Of a stretch of DNA of 40,875 bases, positions 8,275 to 18,355 are shown piece after piece. The translations under genes were made by a program, and so were the position numbers. Numbering within the stretch: the first letter of the stretch is position 1; each line of letters starts with the position of its first letter. The notes below the pieces were generated by a model. That model was not told the origin of the DNA. It worked only from the letters and a program-made list of their open reading frames with translations, and ran no database searches. The DNA comes from Escherichia phage vB_EcoP-R1, in sequence record OQ703102.1, one strand, 5' to 3'.

Positions 8275-11200
8275 ATGGCGACTCGTGGTATTCGCAATAA
8301 CAATCCGGGTAACATCCGGGTAAGTAAGGACCAATGGGAAGGAATGACTGGAGATGATGGCGCATTCGTCACCTTCGATAGTCCAGAGTCTGGCGTCCGA
8401 GCTTTAGGTAAAAACCTGCTGTCCTACGGTCGCCGAGGTTATGACTCCATCGAGAAGATTATCAACCGATGGGCACCTCCTAACGAGAACGACACTAAGG
8501 CTTATATCGACTCAGTGGTGGCTGCAACTGGTATTCCAGCTACCCAGAGTCTCGACTTATCGAACCCGGACACCCTGTCTGCTCTGGCGCAAGCTATCAG
8601 CTTCCATGAGACAGGCTCCCGGTACGACCCTGAAGTCTATCAGAAGGGAGTCGCACGAGCACTCAATGGCATTAGCCCAAAGACTCCACCAGTAAGCGCT
8701 AACGTATTTGACGCACTCACGGAAGGACTCAAGGCTAAACCTAAAGTAGCTCTGGGTGAGAACCTTCCGACCGCTGCTGGTCTGAATATTGAGGGTCAAG
8801 CACCTGAAGCTCCCAACGAATCGTTCGGTGAGATGTTCTATAAGTCTACTGGCGAGACCATGCAGGAACGAGAGGATCGCTCTACGTGGTTCGGTTTCGG
8901 TGCGGCTACAGAAGCTGAAGTGAAGAACTCTATGGTCGGCGTGGCTATCCGCGCTGGTCAGACCGAGGACTCACTTGATGTCATTGGCGATGTGTTCAAC
9001 CCGACCCGATGGAACAACCATAAGTGGACTCGTGAAGAGCTTGACCAGATTCGTAACGCTGGGGTTCTGCCTCAGTATTACGGAGTCATTACTGGTGGCT
9101 CCCCTCAGAACCTGACCGAGCTTATTAACTTGGCGCTTGAGAACCAGAAGTTGGACCAAGAGAAGGCCAAGGCTGGGACTGGTGCTCAGTTAGCTGCTGG
9201 TGTGATTGGTGCTGGTGTAGACCCTCTGACATACGTTCCTATCGCTGGACAGGTTGGTAAAGGCGGTAAGCTGGTCAACAAGATGTTCACCGTGGCTGCT
9301 CAATCTGGAGCACTGGCTGGTGTGTCCGAGATGGCCCGTACCTCAGTGGCTGGTGGTGATGCTCATGTGGCTGAAGCTATCCTTGGTGGTGCTCTCTTCG
9401 GTGGTGGTATGACTGCTATCGCTGATGGGTTAGGCAGAGCCTTAGGTCGTAACACTAACGAGTTCGCTGGCCCAGCTACACGTCTGGAAGCTCGTGAGAC
9501 AGCCCGTAACGTTGATGGTCAGGACCTGTCTCGTCTCCCTATTCAGGAAGGTGAGCCGACCTTTAGTCATCAAGGCGTTAAGTTCGCTGACGTTCCGAAT
9601 GAGCCGGGTAGTGTACGACTTGAAGATGGTTCAATCCTGATTGGTGAGAACCCTCTTAACCCTAAGACACGTCAAGTCTTTGACGAAGTGATTGAGCCAG
9701 AACGTGCCGCTGCTGGTGTGAACCTTGGTGGACTTACCGAGATTGGCCTGAAGCTGCTTCGGTCTGAGAACCCTGAGATTCGTGGAGTCGCTGCTGACTT
9801 AGTGCGTTCACCAACTGGTATGCAGTCTGGGGCTTCAGGTAAAATCGGGACCACTGCGTCAGACGTATTCGAGAGACTTCGTGCTGTGGACCATCGGTTC
9901 TACAACGACATCGACGACGCGGTTACTGAGGCGCTCAAGGACCCATACTTCCAGACAGCATTCTGGCGAGACTCTGGCGCATTCCGTCAGGACATCTACC
10001 AGCGTGTGTCTATGGCTATTGAAGACGGAAGTGGGAACCTGAAGGCTGAACTGACTCCGGGAGAACTGAAAGTCTATGACCTGCTGAAGAACCAGTTTGA
10101 CGCCAAGCGTGAGATGATGGAGAACCCGGCGATGTTTGGTCGTCCAGACGCTCAGTCTATCTTTCCGGGCAGCCGCTTCAAGGGAACCTACGTCCCGCAT
10201 GTGTATAGCAACCAGATGAAGGAGCTGTACATCAAGGAGCTTGGGAGCCCAGAGGCACTACAGGAGGCCATCAAGAAGTCATGGTTGACCAGCTATGCGT
10301 CTCGACCTGAGGTCAAGAAACGTGTGGACGAGGCACTCTTAGAGGCTGACCCTACGTTGACTCCAGAAGGACTTGCGGCTGCGGTCGATAAGTACGCCAA
10401 CGATAAGGCTTATGGTATCTCTCACACCGAGCAGTTCGAGCGTTCATCCGTAATGGAAGAGAACATCAATGGTCTGGTGGGTCTGGAGAACAACAGCTTC
10501 CTTGAGGCTCGTAACCTGTTCGATAGCGATATGTCAATCGTCCTACCTAACGGTCAGACCTTCAGTGTCAACAACCTGCGTGAGTGGGACATGGACAAGA
10601 TTGTCCCGGCCTACAACCGTCGAGTTAATGGTGACATTGCTATCATGGCTGGTACAGGCAAGACCACGAAGGACATGAAGGACTTGGTTGAGACCATGAT
10701 GAACAAGGCTGGTGATGACGGCAAGTTGAAAGGTGAAGTATCTACCTTACGTGACACCTTGAAGATTCTAACTGGTCGTGCTCGACGTGATGGTGCTGAT
10801 GATGCAGCCTTCGCTACCGTGATGCGCACAATGACAGACCTATCGTTCTTCGCTAAGAATGCCTACATGGGTGTTCAGAACTTAACGGAGATTGGTGGTA
10901 TGCTGGCTCGTGGCAACGTTCGTGCAATGCTGCATGGAGTCCCGATTTTCCGTGACCTAGCCTTCCGTAACAAGAAGGTTGGGGCCTCAGAGATTAAGGA
11001 CCTGCACAATGTTATCTTCGGTAAGGAACTGGATGACTCAATCCGTCCGTCTAAACAGGACGTCATTGACCGTCTGCGATCTTACAGTGACCTCGGTCGT
11101 GGTGCAGCTACAGCTCTGGGGACTGCCAAGTATTACACTGGCGAACTTGCAGTACGCTCTCCGTTCACTAAAGTCCTCAACGGTACTACCAACTACCTGT

Positions 11201-12162
11201 TAGATGCTGGACGTCAAGGCTTCCTGTCTGACATCGTGGAGCATAGCCTGACTGGTAGTAAGCGTAAGTTCAATGACCGCTGGCTTAAGACCGCTGGTAT
11301 CTCTGACGAGCAGTGGAAGGGCATTAAGTCCCTCATCCGTGAGTCAGTGACTCGTGGTCCAGACGGGAAGTACACCATCAAGGATAAGAAGGCGTTCAGT
11401 CAGGACCCAAGGGCTATGGACCTATGGCGTATGGGTGACACCATCGCTGACGAGACGTTACTCCGGCCTCATAAGCTGTCAAACATGGACGCCAAGGCTT
11501 ACGGTCCTCTCGCTAAGACTGTCCTTCAGTTTAAGAACTTCGTCATCAAGTCCATCAATGGACGTACCATGCGAACCTTCTATAACGCCACGAAGAACAA
11601 CCGAGCGATGGACGCTGCACTGTCTACTGTGATGTCTATGGGTCTGGCTGGTATCTACTACATTGCTCAGGCGCACGTCAAGGCTTACGCTATGCAGGAC
11701 GGTCGAGACCGAGATTATCTCAAGCAAGCTCTGGACCCAACGATGATTGGCTATGCGGCCCTGTCCCGTAGTTCACATCTGGGTGGCCCATTTGGTGTCG
11801 CTAACATTCTAGGTGGCATCGCTGGGTATGAGGACACTAAGATGCTCCGTTCGTCTATCCTCCCGCGTTCACCTACAGAGAAACCCGAACGTGCCATCTC
11901 ATATGGTGCGGCTACAAGTGACCCTGTGATGAATGTCGTTGGCAACTTCTTGGAGCAGGTCCCGGCTTTCGGCTATGCTGCTAACGTTGGCGCTTCGGCA
12001 TACAACTTGGCTGGCTACCTCAAGGCTGATACTCGTGTCAACGAGCGTGACTACATGACCGGGATGTATAATACGTTCCGTGAACTGGTTCCGAACGACC
12101 CGATTACTCAGAAGTTGCTACTGGGAACGTTTGAGGAGCAAGGTATCCACATCAAGGACTAA
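8275..12162 (+). CDS. 16: Internal virion protein D (gp16 homolog) with a divergent N-terminal domain
   Basis: About 1295 aa from ATG 8275 (RBS AAGGAG at 8262; track start 8257 is a TTG). Central and C-terminal regions parallel T7 gp16 (e.g. GPATRLEARETARN, SPTGMQSGASGK, GTYVPHVY, KAYGISH, NSFLEARNLFDSD, RVNGDIAIM, RSPFTKVLNGTTNYLLDA, VPNDPITQKLL). Confidence 0.85.
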   Translation: MATRGIRNNNPGNIRVSKDQWEGMTGDDGAFVTFDSPESGVRALGKNLLSYGRRGYDSIEKIINRWAPPNENDTKAYIDSVVAATGIPATQSLDLSNPDTLSALAQAISFHETGSRYDPEVYQKGVARALNGISPKTPPVSANVFDALTEGLKAKPKVALGENLPTAAGLNIEGQAPEAPNESFGEMFYKSTGETMQEREDRSTWFGFGAATEAEVKNSMVGVAIRAGQTEDSLDVIGDVFNPTRWNNHKWTREELDQIRNAGVLPQYYGVITGGSPQNLTELINLALENQKLDQEKAKAGTGAQLAAGVIGAGVDPLTYVPIAGQVGKGGKLVNKMFTVAAQSGALAGVSEMARTSVAGGDAHVAEAILGGALFGGGMTAIADGLGRALGRNTNEFAGPATRLEARETARNVDGQDLSRLPIQEGEPTFSHQGVKFADVPNEPGSVRLEDGSILIGENPLNPKTRQVFDEVIEPERAAAGVNLGGLTEIGLKLLRSENPEIRGVAADLVRSPTGMQSGASGKIGTTASDVFERLRAVDHRFYNDIDDAVTEALKDPYFQTAFWRDSGAFRQDIYQRVSMAIEDGSGNLKAELTPGELKVYDLLKNQFDAKREMMENPAMFGRPDAQSIFPGSRFKGTYVPHVYSNQMKELYIKELGSPEALQEAIKKSWLTSYASRPEVKKRVDEALLEADPTLTPEGLAAAVDKYANDKAYGISHTEQFERSSVMEENINGLVGLENNSFLEARNLFDSDMSIVLPNGQTFSVNNLREWDMDKIVPAYNRRVNGDIAIMAGTGKTTKDMKDLVETMMNKAGDDGKLKGEVSTLRDTLKILTGRARRDGADDAAFATVMRTMTDLSFFAKNAYMGVQNLTEIGGMLARGNVRAMLHGVPIFRDLAFRNKKVGASEIKDLHNVIFGKELDDSIRPSKQDVIDRLRSYSDLGRGAATALGTAKYYTGELAVRSPFTKVLNGTTNYLLDAGRQGFLSDIVEHSLTGSKRKFNDRWLKTAGISDEQWKGIKSLIRESVTRGPDGKYTIKDKKAFSQDPRAMDLWRMGDTIADETLLRPHKLSNMDAKAYGPLAKTVLQFKNFVIKSINGRTMRTFYNATKNNRAMDAALSTVMSMGLAGIYYIAQAHVKAYAMQDGRDRDYLKQALDPTMIGYAALSRSSHLGGPFGVANILGGIAGYEDTKMLRSSILPRSPTEKPERAISYGAATSDPVMNVVGNFLEQVPAFGYAANVGASAYNLAGYLKADTRVNERDYMTGMYNTFRELVPNDPITQKLLLGTFEEQGIHIKD

Positions 12163-12180
12163 ACTATCACTATAGGAAAC
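12158..12180 (+). promoter_or_regulatory. Phage RNAP promoter (phi17-like)
   Basis: ACTAAACTATCACTATAGGAAAC overlapping the gene 16 stop; +1 G at 12175. Confidence 0.8.
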
Positions 12181-12226
12181 GGGAGGCGCTACCATAGGTC
12201 TCCGTTTAAATAACAAAGGAGGCATA

Positions 12227-14758
12227 ATGTCCACGATTACACAATTCCCTTCAGGAAACACTCAGTACAGGATTGAGTTCGACTACCTAGCCAGAACGTT
12301 TGTTGTTGTTACGCTGGTGAATAGCTCTAACCCTACCCTGAACCGTGTACTGGAAGTTGGTCGAGATTACCGATTCCTTAACCCAACGATGATTGAGATG
12401 TTGGTTGACCAATCAGGTTTCGACATCGTTCGTATTCACCGTCAGACTGGAACTGACTTAGTGGTAGACTTCAGGAATGGCTCAGTGTTGACAGCTAGTG
12501 ACCTGACCAATTCAGAGCTTCAGGCTATCCATATTGCAGAAGAAGGTCGAGACCAAACGGTTGACTTAGCGAAGGAATATGCCGATGCTGCTGGTAGCTC
12601 TGCTGGCAACGCTAAGGATAGCGAGGACGAAGCACGCCGAATCGCTGCGAGTATCAGGGAAGCTGGTCTAATTGGCTATATTACCCGTCGCTCCTTCGAG
12701 AAAGGCTACAACGTTACAACATGGAGCGAGGTCCTGCTATGGGAAGAGGATGGTGATTATTACCGCTGGGATGGTACGCTTCCAAAGAACGTTCCTGCTG
12801 GTTCAACTCCTGAAACTTCCGGTGGGATTGGATTAGGTTCGTGGGTTAGTGTTGGTGATGCTGCTTTAAGAAGTCAGATTTCAAACCCGGAAGGGGCAAT
12901 ACTCTACCCGGAATTGCAGATGGCAAGATGGCGTGATGATGGTGATGTTCGAGGCTGGGGTGCTAAAGGGGATGGTGTAACAGATAGTACGGAGAATATA
13001 GCTGCTTCACTAAATTCTCAAAAAGCTGTCGTAGCATCAGAAGGTGTATTCTCTAGTTCTGGTATTAATAGTAATTACTGTAACTTAGACGGCAGAGGCA
13101 GTGGTGTACTAAGTCACCGTTCCAGTACAGGTAACTACTTAGTATTTAACAATCCACGTACAGGTCGCTTAAGTAATATTACGGTAGAAAGTAATAAGGC
13201 GACGGATACCACTCAGGGACAGCAGGTATCTCTTGCTGGTGGCAGTGATGTTACGGTAAGTGACGTTAACTTCTCAAACGTTAAAGGTACTGGTTTCAGT
13301 TTAATCGCATACCCTAATGATGCGCCACCTGATGGGCTTATGATTAAAGGCATTCGAGGTAGCTATTCCGGCTATGCCACTAATAAGGCGGCTGGATGCG
13401 TACTTGCTGACTCCTCAGTTAACTCCCTCATAGATAACGTCATTGCTAAGAACTACCCTCAGTTCGGAGCTGTAGAGCTGAAAGGTACAGCCAGTTACAA
13501 CATAGTTAGTAATGTTATAGGGACAGATTGCCAGCATGTAACCTACAACGGTACTGAAGGGTCAATAGCTCCTTCTAATAACCTTATCAAGGGGGTAGTT
13601 GCTAATAATCCTAAGTATGCAGCGGTTGTTGCAGGCAAAGGTAGTACGAACTTAATATCAGACGTGCTCGTAGATTACTCAACCTCTGATGCTAGGCAGG
13701 CTCATGGTGCTACAGTAGAAGGTTCTGATAACGTCATAAATAATGTGCTTATGACAGGGTGTGATGGTACTAACTCTTTAGGGCAAGCTCAAACTGCTAC
13801 AATTGCTCGCTTTATAGATACAGCTAATAACAACTATGCGTCTGTATTTCCTAGCTACAGTGCTACAGGTGTTATTACTTTCGAATCAGGTTCTACCCGT
13901 AACTTCGTAGAGGTAAAGCATCCGGGAAGGAGAAACGACCTTCTCAGTGCTACTGGTACTATTAGCGGTGCAGATACTATTGACGGCACTAATAATAGCA
14001 ACGTAGTGCACGCCCCTGCATTAGGGCAGTACATAGGCAGTATGTCCGGTAGGTTCGAATGGCGGATTAAGTCCATGTCACTTCCATCAGGGGTTCTTAC
14101 CTCTGCGGATAAGTACAGGATGCTTGCCGATGAGGCTGTGTCATTAGCTGTAGGCGGAGGTACTTCTTCTCAAGTACGCCTGTTCACTTCTGACGGCACT
14201 TATCGGAATATATCACTTACTAGGGGTAACGTGCGTCTTCCTACCAGTAGCACAGGTTATTTGCAGTTAGGTTCTAATGCAATGACACCAGATAGTACTA
14301 ATACATACGCATTAGGTTCCGCAAGTCGAGCATGGTCTGGCGGTTTTACTCAATCAGCATTCACTGTTGTCTCAGATGCTAGGGATAAAACAGAGCCTCT
14401 TAATATCTCAGATGCTTTACTGGATGCTTGGTCTGAAGTTGACTTTGTGCAGTTTCAGTACTTGGACCGAATTGAGGAGAAGGGTGCAGACTCAGCTAGA
14501 TGGCACTTCGGCATCATCGCTCAGCGAGCTAAGGAGGCCTTCGAACGTCACGGTATAGATGCACATCGCTATGGCTTCCTGTGCTTCGACAGTTGGGATG
14601 ATGTATACGAGGAAGATGCCAATGGCTCTCGTAAACTGATTACACCAGCAGGTTCCCGCTACGGTATTCGTTACGAGGAAGTACTGATATTAGAGGCTGC
14701 GTTGATGCGGCGTACTATTAAGCGTATGCAGGAAGCATTAGCTGTTATGTCTAAGTGA
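12227..14758 (+). CDS. 17: Tailspike/tail fiber: T7 gp17-like N-terminal adaptor, pectate-lyase-type beta-helix (putative polysaccharide depolymerase), C-terminal intramolecular chaperone (peptidase S74-like)
   Basis: 843 aa. N-terminal about 150 aa resembles the gp17 tail-attachment domain; GAKGDGVTD motif at aa 245-253 (nt 12959-12985) is the hallmark of pectate-lyase-3 type tailspikes; C-terminal about 128 aa (from SDARDK at nt 14372; ...WHFGIIAQRAKEAF...) resembles the auto-cleaved chaperone domain of endosialidase-type tailspikes. Confidence 0.85.
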   Translation: MSTITQFPSGNTQYRIEFDYLARTFVVVTLVNSSNPTLNRVLEVGRDYRFLNPTMIEMLVDQSGFDIVRIHRQTGTDLVVDFRNGSVLTASDLTNSELQAIHIAEEGRDQTVDLAKEYADAAGSSAGNAKDSEDEARRIAASIREAGLIGYITRRSFEKGYNVTTWSEVLLWEEDGDYYRWDGTLPKNVPAGSTPETSGGIGLGSWVSVGDAALRSQISNPEGAILYPELQMARWRDDGDVRGWGAKGDGVTDSTENIAASLNSQKAVVASEGVFSSSGINSNYCNLDGRGSGVLSHRSSTGNYLVFNNPRTGRLSNITVESNKATDTTQGQQVSLAGGSDVTVSDVNFSNVKGTGFSLIAYPNDAPPDGLMIKGIRGSYSGYATNKAAGCVLADSSVNSLIDNVIAKNYPQFGAVELKGTASYNIVSNVIGTDCQHVTYNGTEGSIAPSNNLIKGVVANNPKYAAVVAGKGSTNLISDVLVDYSTSDARQAHGATVEGSDNVINNVLMTGCDGTNSLGQAQTATIARFIDTANNNYASVFPSYSATGVITFESGSTRNFVEVKHPGRRNDLLSATGTISGADTIDGTNNSNVVHAPALGQYIGSMSGRFEWRIKSMSLPSGVLTSADKYRMLADEAVSLAVGGGTSSQVRLFTSDGTYRNISLTRGNVRLPTSSTGYLQLGSNAMTPDSTNTYALGSASRAWSGGFTQSAFTVVSDARDKTEPLNISDALLDAWSEVDFVQFQYLDRIEEKGADSARWHFGIIAQRAKEAFERHGIDAHRYGFLCFDSWDDVYEEDANGSRKLITPAGSRYGIRYEEVLILEAALMRRTIKRMQEALAVMSK

Positions 14759-14862
14759 GTAATACTGGTACGATATTTTCGCACAATGAAATCGTTGAAC
14801 ACGCTAACCAACGTATGTAACAACTTTGGGTCACGGACGACCCGCTTTAAACTGGAGGTTTT

Positions 14863-15057
14863 ATGATTGAGTTAGACTTCAAGAATGAGGTCCTTAAAGC
14901 CTCTCCTATCGTCGGGACCGCTGCGGCTGATGGTGCCAGTCGGTTCTTCTTCGGACTTACACTGAACGAATGGTTCTACGTTGCAGCTATCGCGTATACC
15001 GTTGTCCAGATTGGTGTGCTAGTCTACAAAACGATTAAAGGAGGTGGTAAAACATGA
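14863..15057 (+). CDS. 17.5: Holin, class II (gp17.5 homolog)
   Basis: 64 aa; ...LKASPIVGTAAADGASRFFFGLTLNEWFYVAAIAYTVVQIG... parallels T7 gp17.5; hydrophobic helices. Confidence 0.85.
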   Translation: MIELDFKNEVLKASPIVGTAAADGASRFFFGLTLNEWFYVAAIAYTVVQIGVLVYKTIKGGGKT

Positions 15058-15317
15058 CGCAGATGGACTTAGAGAAGTTCCTCTTAATGCTAGATACTGA
15101 ACGTGCTAGACTCATGCTGCAAGACCTGCGGGATGACTCTAAGCGTTCACCTCAGCTTTACAACGCCATTGAGAAGCTACTGGCTCGTCACAACTTTGTG
15201 TTAAGCAAGGTGTCTGTGGACGAGAAGACGCTGGCTGATATGGAGGCCCTGAACGCAGAGTACGATAAGGTGCTTTCAGCGACTGAGGATAATGACACCG
15301 GGTATGGTGTTCAATAA
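15054..15317 (+). CDS. 18: Terminase small subunit (gp18 position)
   Basis: 87 aa (T7 gp18 89 aa) between holin and Rz; overlapping start/stop (ATGA). Confidence 0.7.
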   Translation: MTQMDLEKFLLMLDTERARLMLQDLRDDSKRSPQLYNAIEKLLARHNFVLSKVSVDEKTLADMEALNAEYDKVLSATEDNDTGYGVQ

Positions 15318-15321
15318 GTGT

Positions 15322-15366
15322 TAGACTCAAGGTCATTACTATGTGTAGTGGCCTTTATGGTTAACA
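15322..15366 (+). promoter_or_regulatory. RNase III-type processing hairpin (R18.5-like)
   Basis: TTAGACTCAAGGTCAT...GTGGCCTTTATGGTTAA; one of three near-identical copies (also 24159 and 31550); resembles the conserved GTGGCCTTTATGATT element of T7 RNase III sites. Confidence 0.5.
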
Positions 15367-15418
15367 CTAACTAGTGGAGGAGACTCTACGTGAAATCTGA
15401 TAAACCGGGAGGGCAACT

Positions 15419-15859
15419 ATGCTCGAATTTTTAAAGAGAGCGGCTCCGTGGCTACTTGCAGCAGTGATGTTTGCTGGTGGCTACCACACCGCTAACAATA
15501 AGTGGGAGGCTAAGGTCAATGCAGAATACACCTCGAATCTTAAAGCATCGGAAGATACAAGGCTTGCTGTCCAAGCTGAAGTCAACAAAGTGTCAAAACG
15601 GTTTCAGGACGAAATGTCCTCGCTGGAAGGCAGCACTGATAGGATTATTGCTGACCTTAACCGCGATAACAAGCGGCTGCGCGTCAAAGTCAACACCTCA
15701 GGTCTCACCGAGTCAGATGTCAGTCGATGCTTCCCTAATGGTAGAGTCGAACTACACCCAGAAACTTCTAAAAGTCTTATCCGAATAACTCAGGAGGCAG
15801 ACCTTAAGGAGAAGGCGCTTCAGGACACAATAAGGAGTCTCCAAGGTGTTAATAAGTGA
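15419..15859 (+). CDS. 18.5: Rz-like i-spanin (gp18.5 homolog)
   Basis: 146 aa; N-terminal transmembrane segment (WLLAAVMFAGGY) then a charged coiled-coil region; position before terL. Confidence 0.7.
   Translation: MLEFLKRAAPWLLAAVMFAGGYHTANNKWEAKVNAEYTSNLKASEDTRLAVQAEVNKVSKRFQDEMSSLEGSTDRIIADLNRDNKRLRVKVNTSGLTESDVSRCFPNGRVELHPETSKSLIRITQEADLKEKALQDTIRSLQGVNK
15519..15788 (+). CDS. 18.7: Putative Rz1-like o-spanin lipoprotein embedded in +1 frame within Rz (start uncertain)
   Basis: Embedded ORF (track 15471..15788) contains a signal-peptide-like stretch and lipobox-like Cys (KAALIGLLLTLTAITSGC) followed by a Pro/Ser-rich tail; embedded Rz1 is typical of T7-like phages. No ATG close upstream of the signal peptide, so the real start may be non-canonical. 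Confidence 0.4.
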   Translation: MQNTPRILKHRKIQGLLSKLKSTKCQNGFRTKCPRWKAALIGLLLTLTAITSGCASKSTPQVSPSQMSVDASLMVESNYTQKLLKVLSE

Positions 15860-15894
15860 TTACTGCAAAGTGGACCTAATGCTGGAGGGACTCT

Positions 15895-17661
15895 ATGTCT
15901 AAGAAAACACCTGTCGAAAGACAGGCAGAAATGACCCAAAGGATGAGGGACGACTTCGTGTTCTTCATCTTCGTTCTCTGGAAAGCTCTTAGCCTTCCGG
16001 CTCCAACCCGCTGCCAGATAGATATGTGTAAGAAGCTGGCTGCTGGGGATAATCGCCGCTTCATCCTTCAGGCGTTCCGTGGTATTGGCAAGTCGTTTCT
16101 GACCTGTGGTTTCGTGGTCTGGAAACTATGGAACAACCCAGACTTAAAGTTCATGATTGTGTCGGCCTCAAAGGAACGAGCCGATGCTAACTCCATCTTC
16201 ATCAAGCGAATAATCGACCTCATGCCTCAGCTTAAGGAACTCAAACCTAAGCAGGGGCAGCGAGATGCGGTTATCAGCTTCGACGTTGGACCAGCCAAGC
16301 CAGACCACTCACCTTCGGTTAAGTCCGTTGGTATCACTGGTCAGTTGACTGGTAGTCGTGCTGACATCCTGATTGCCGATGACGTGGAGGTTCCGAACAA
16401 CTCAGCGACTCAGTCTGCACGAGACCGTCTGTCAGAGCTTGTGAAAGAGTTCGACGCTATCCTGAAGCCGGGAGGTACAATCATCTATCTGGGTACTCCT
16501 CAGAACGAGATGACCTTGTATCGTGAGCTGGAAGGCCGTGGGTACACCACTACCATCTGGCCTGCTCGTTATCCACGCGACAGGAAGGACTGGCAGTCTT
16601 ACGGCGACCGTCTGGCACCGATGCTTCAGGCAGAGCTGGAAGAGGACCCTGAGTCCTTCTACTGGCGTCCGACCGATGAAGTACGATTCGATGATACGGA
16701 CCTGAAGGAACGTGAGCTGTCCTATGGTAAAGCTGGCTTCGCTCTACAGTTCATGCTTAACCCTAACCTGAGTGATGCTGAGAAGTACCCTCTGAAGCTC
16801 CGTGACCTTATCGTAGCCGACTTGGACCCAGCGTCTAGCCCAATGGTATACCAATGGCTTCCTAACCCTCAGAACAAGCGTGAGGACGTTCCTAACGTTG
16901 GACTCATGGGTGACTCATACCACACGTATCAGACTGTAGGTTCTGCCTTCAGTTCGTACACCCAGAAGATTCTAGTCATTGACCCTAGTGGTCGTGGTAA
17001 GGATGAAACTGGTTATGCGGTACTGTACCAGCTAAACGGCTACATCTTCGCTATGGAAGTTGGCGGTATGCGAGGTGGCTATGAAGACTCTACGCTGGAA
17101 GCCTTGGCTAAGATTGGTCGTAAGTGGAAGGTCAACGAATACGTCATTGAGGGTAACTTCGGTGATGGTATGTACCTTGAGCTATTCAAGCCTGTAGCTT
17201 CCCGTATCCATCCTGCGGCTGTAACTGAAGTGAAGAGTAAGGGTCAGAAGGAACTCCGCATCTGTGACGTTCTGGAGCCTATCATGGGGTCTCACCGACT
17301 TATCGTTAACGCTGCTGCTATCGTCCAAGACTACCAGTCTGCCTCTGATAAGGATGGTGTTCGTAATCCTATCTACTCTCTCTTCTACCAGATGACACGT
17401 ATCTCTCGTGAACGTGGAGCATTGGCACACGATGACCGACTTGATGCGCTGGCTATCGGTGTACAGTTCTTCGTTGAGTCTATGGCTAAGGATGCCAACA
17501 AAGGCGAACGTGAAGTCACTGAGGAGTGGCTGGAGGAACAGATGGAGAACCCACGGAAAGGCTTCGAGTCCATCCACACTGAGTTCTGGGACAATGGGGT
17601 CCGGGTAACTCACGATACGGACGACGAGCTTGGACTAGGGTCCTACGTTACGTTCCACTAG
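15895..17661 (+). CDS. 19: Terminase large subunit (gp19 homolog)
   Basis: 588 aa (T7 gp19 586 aa); conserved position; RBS GGAGGGA. Confidence 0.93.
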   Translation: MSKKTPVERQAEMTQRMRDDFVFFIFVLWKALSLPAPTRCQIDMCKKLAAGDNRRFILQAFRGIGKSFLTCGFVVWKLWNNPDLKFMIVSASKERADANSIFIKRIIDLMPQLKELKPKQGQRDAVISFDVGPAKPDHSPSVKSVGITGQLTGSRADILIADDVEVPNNSATQSARDRLSELVKEFDAILKPGGTIIYLGTPQNEMTLYRELEGRGYTTTIWPARYPRDRKDWQSYGDRLAPMLQAELEEDPESFYWRPTDEVRFDDTDLKERELSYGKAGFALQFMLNPNLSDAEKYPLKLRDLIVADLDPASSPMVYQWLPNPQNKREDVPNVGLMGDSYHTYQTVGSAFSSYTQKILVIDPSGRGKDETGYAVLYQLNGYIFAMEVGGMRGGYEDSTLEALAKIGRKWKVNEYVIEGNFGDGMYLELFKPVASRIHPAAVTEVKSKGQKELRICDVLEPIMGSHRLIVNAAAIVQDYQSASDKDGVRNPIYSLFYQMTRISRERGALAHDDRLDALAIGVQFFVESMAKDANKGEREVTEEWLEEQMENPRKGFESIHTEFWDNGVRVTHDTDDELGLGSYVTFH

Positions 17662-17755
17662 CTGAATGAATAACTATGGGTGAAAACTGAATTAATAAGC
17701 AGTTAGTAACCTATAGTTACTACCAGTCTAACCTACTGTTTTATAAGGAGTTTGG

Positions 17756-17778
17756 ACTTAACTATCACTATAGGGAAG
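17756..17778 (+). promoter_or_regulatory. Phage RNAP promoter (phiOR-like, near the right genome end)
   Basis: GACTTAACTATCACTATAGGGAA; +1 G at 17773. Confidence 0.8.
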
Positions 17779-17958
17779 ACCCCCGGTTACTTATAGTATT
17801 ACTGTAGTGAATATACATATGCAGACTTTATGCAAGACCTTAGGAGGCAGACTCCGAGTTCTTACCTAAGGCTTGCACCGATGGAAGGAGGGTGATATTA
17901 ATCATAATCCCTCCAATACAGATAGTCACCGACCATAGATACAGGAGGTATGTAGCAT

Positions 17959-18117
17959 ATGGCAAAGACCAAAGCTGTACTTAAAGCTCTGGCGACCAAT
18001 CGAGCTACATACAGGTTTCTTGCTGCTGTTCTACTTGCTGCTGGCGTTACTGCTGGAAGTAAGTGGGTCGGGTGGGTCGAGACTCTCGTATGTTCTCTGG
18101 TGTCTCAGTGTAATTAA
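17959..18117 (+). CDS. Small hydrophobic protein (gp19.5 position)
   Basis: 52 aa MAKTKAVLKALATNRATYRFLAAVLLAAGVTAGSKWVGWVETLVCSLVSQCN with RBS AGGAGGT 8 nt upstream; below the track size cutoff. Confidence 0.4.
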   Translation: MAKTKAVLKALATNRATYRFLAAVLLAAGVTAGSKWVGWVETLVCSLVSQCN

Positions 18118-18150
18118 CGCAATCATGGTAACGATTCATGAGCGGAAGAC

Positions 18151-18193
18151 CTAAGGTCAGTACGTGGATAAAGACTCACTCTACTGACCTTAG
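18151..18193 (+). repeat. Perfect 12-bp inverted repeat (CTAAGGTCAGTA / TACTGACCTTAG) forming a hairpin in the right-end unique region
   Basis: Read directly from the sequence; arms separated by 19 nt. Confidence 0.6.
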
Positions 18194-18355
18194 CTACTGT
18201 AGTCAAGGACTTTAGGTAACACCTTAATAGAAGCTCACCTAGGGTCATCCTACTTATTGGTCTATCCTAGTGTCGCCTGACCTACGGTCCTTGACCTACA
18301 GTAGCTGCCACCTACGGTCACTCGATGAGTTTTGGACCAAAAGTTTGAGACCACA

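Noticed and set aside
15471-15518. Rz1 starting at the first in-frame ATG of the embedded ORF (15471)
   Set aside because: Would place an implausibly long hydrophilic region before the signal peptide; the start remains uncertain, so the feature is reported from 15519 at low confidence.
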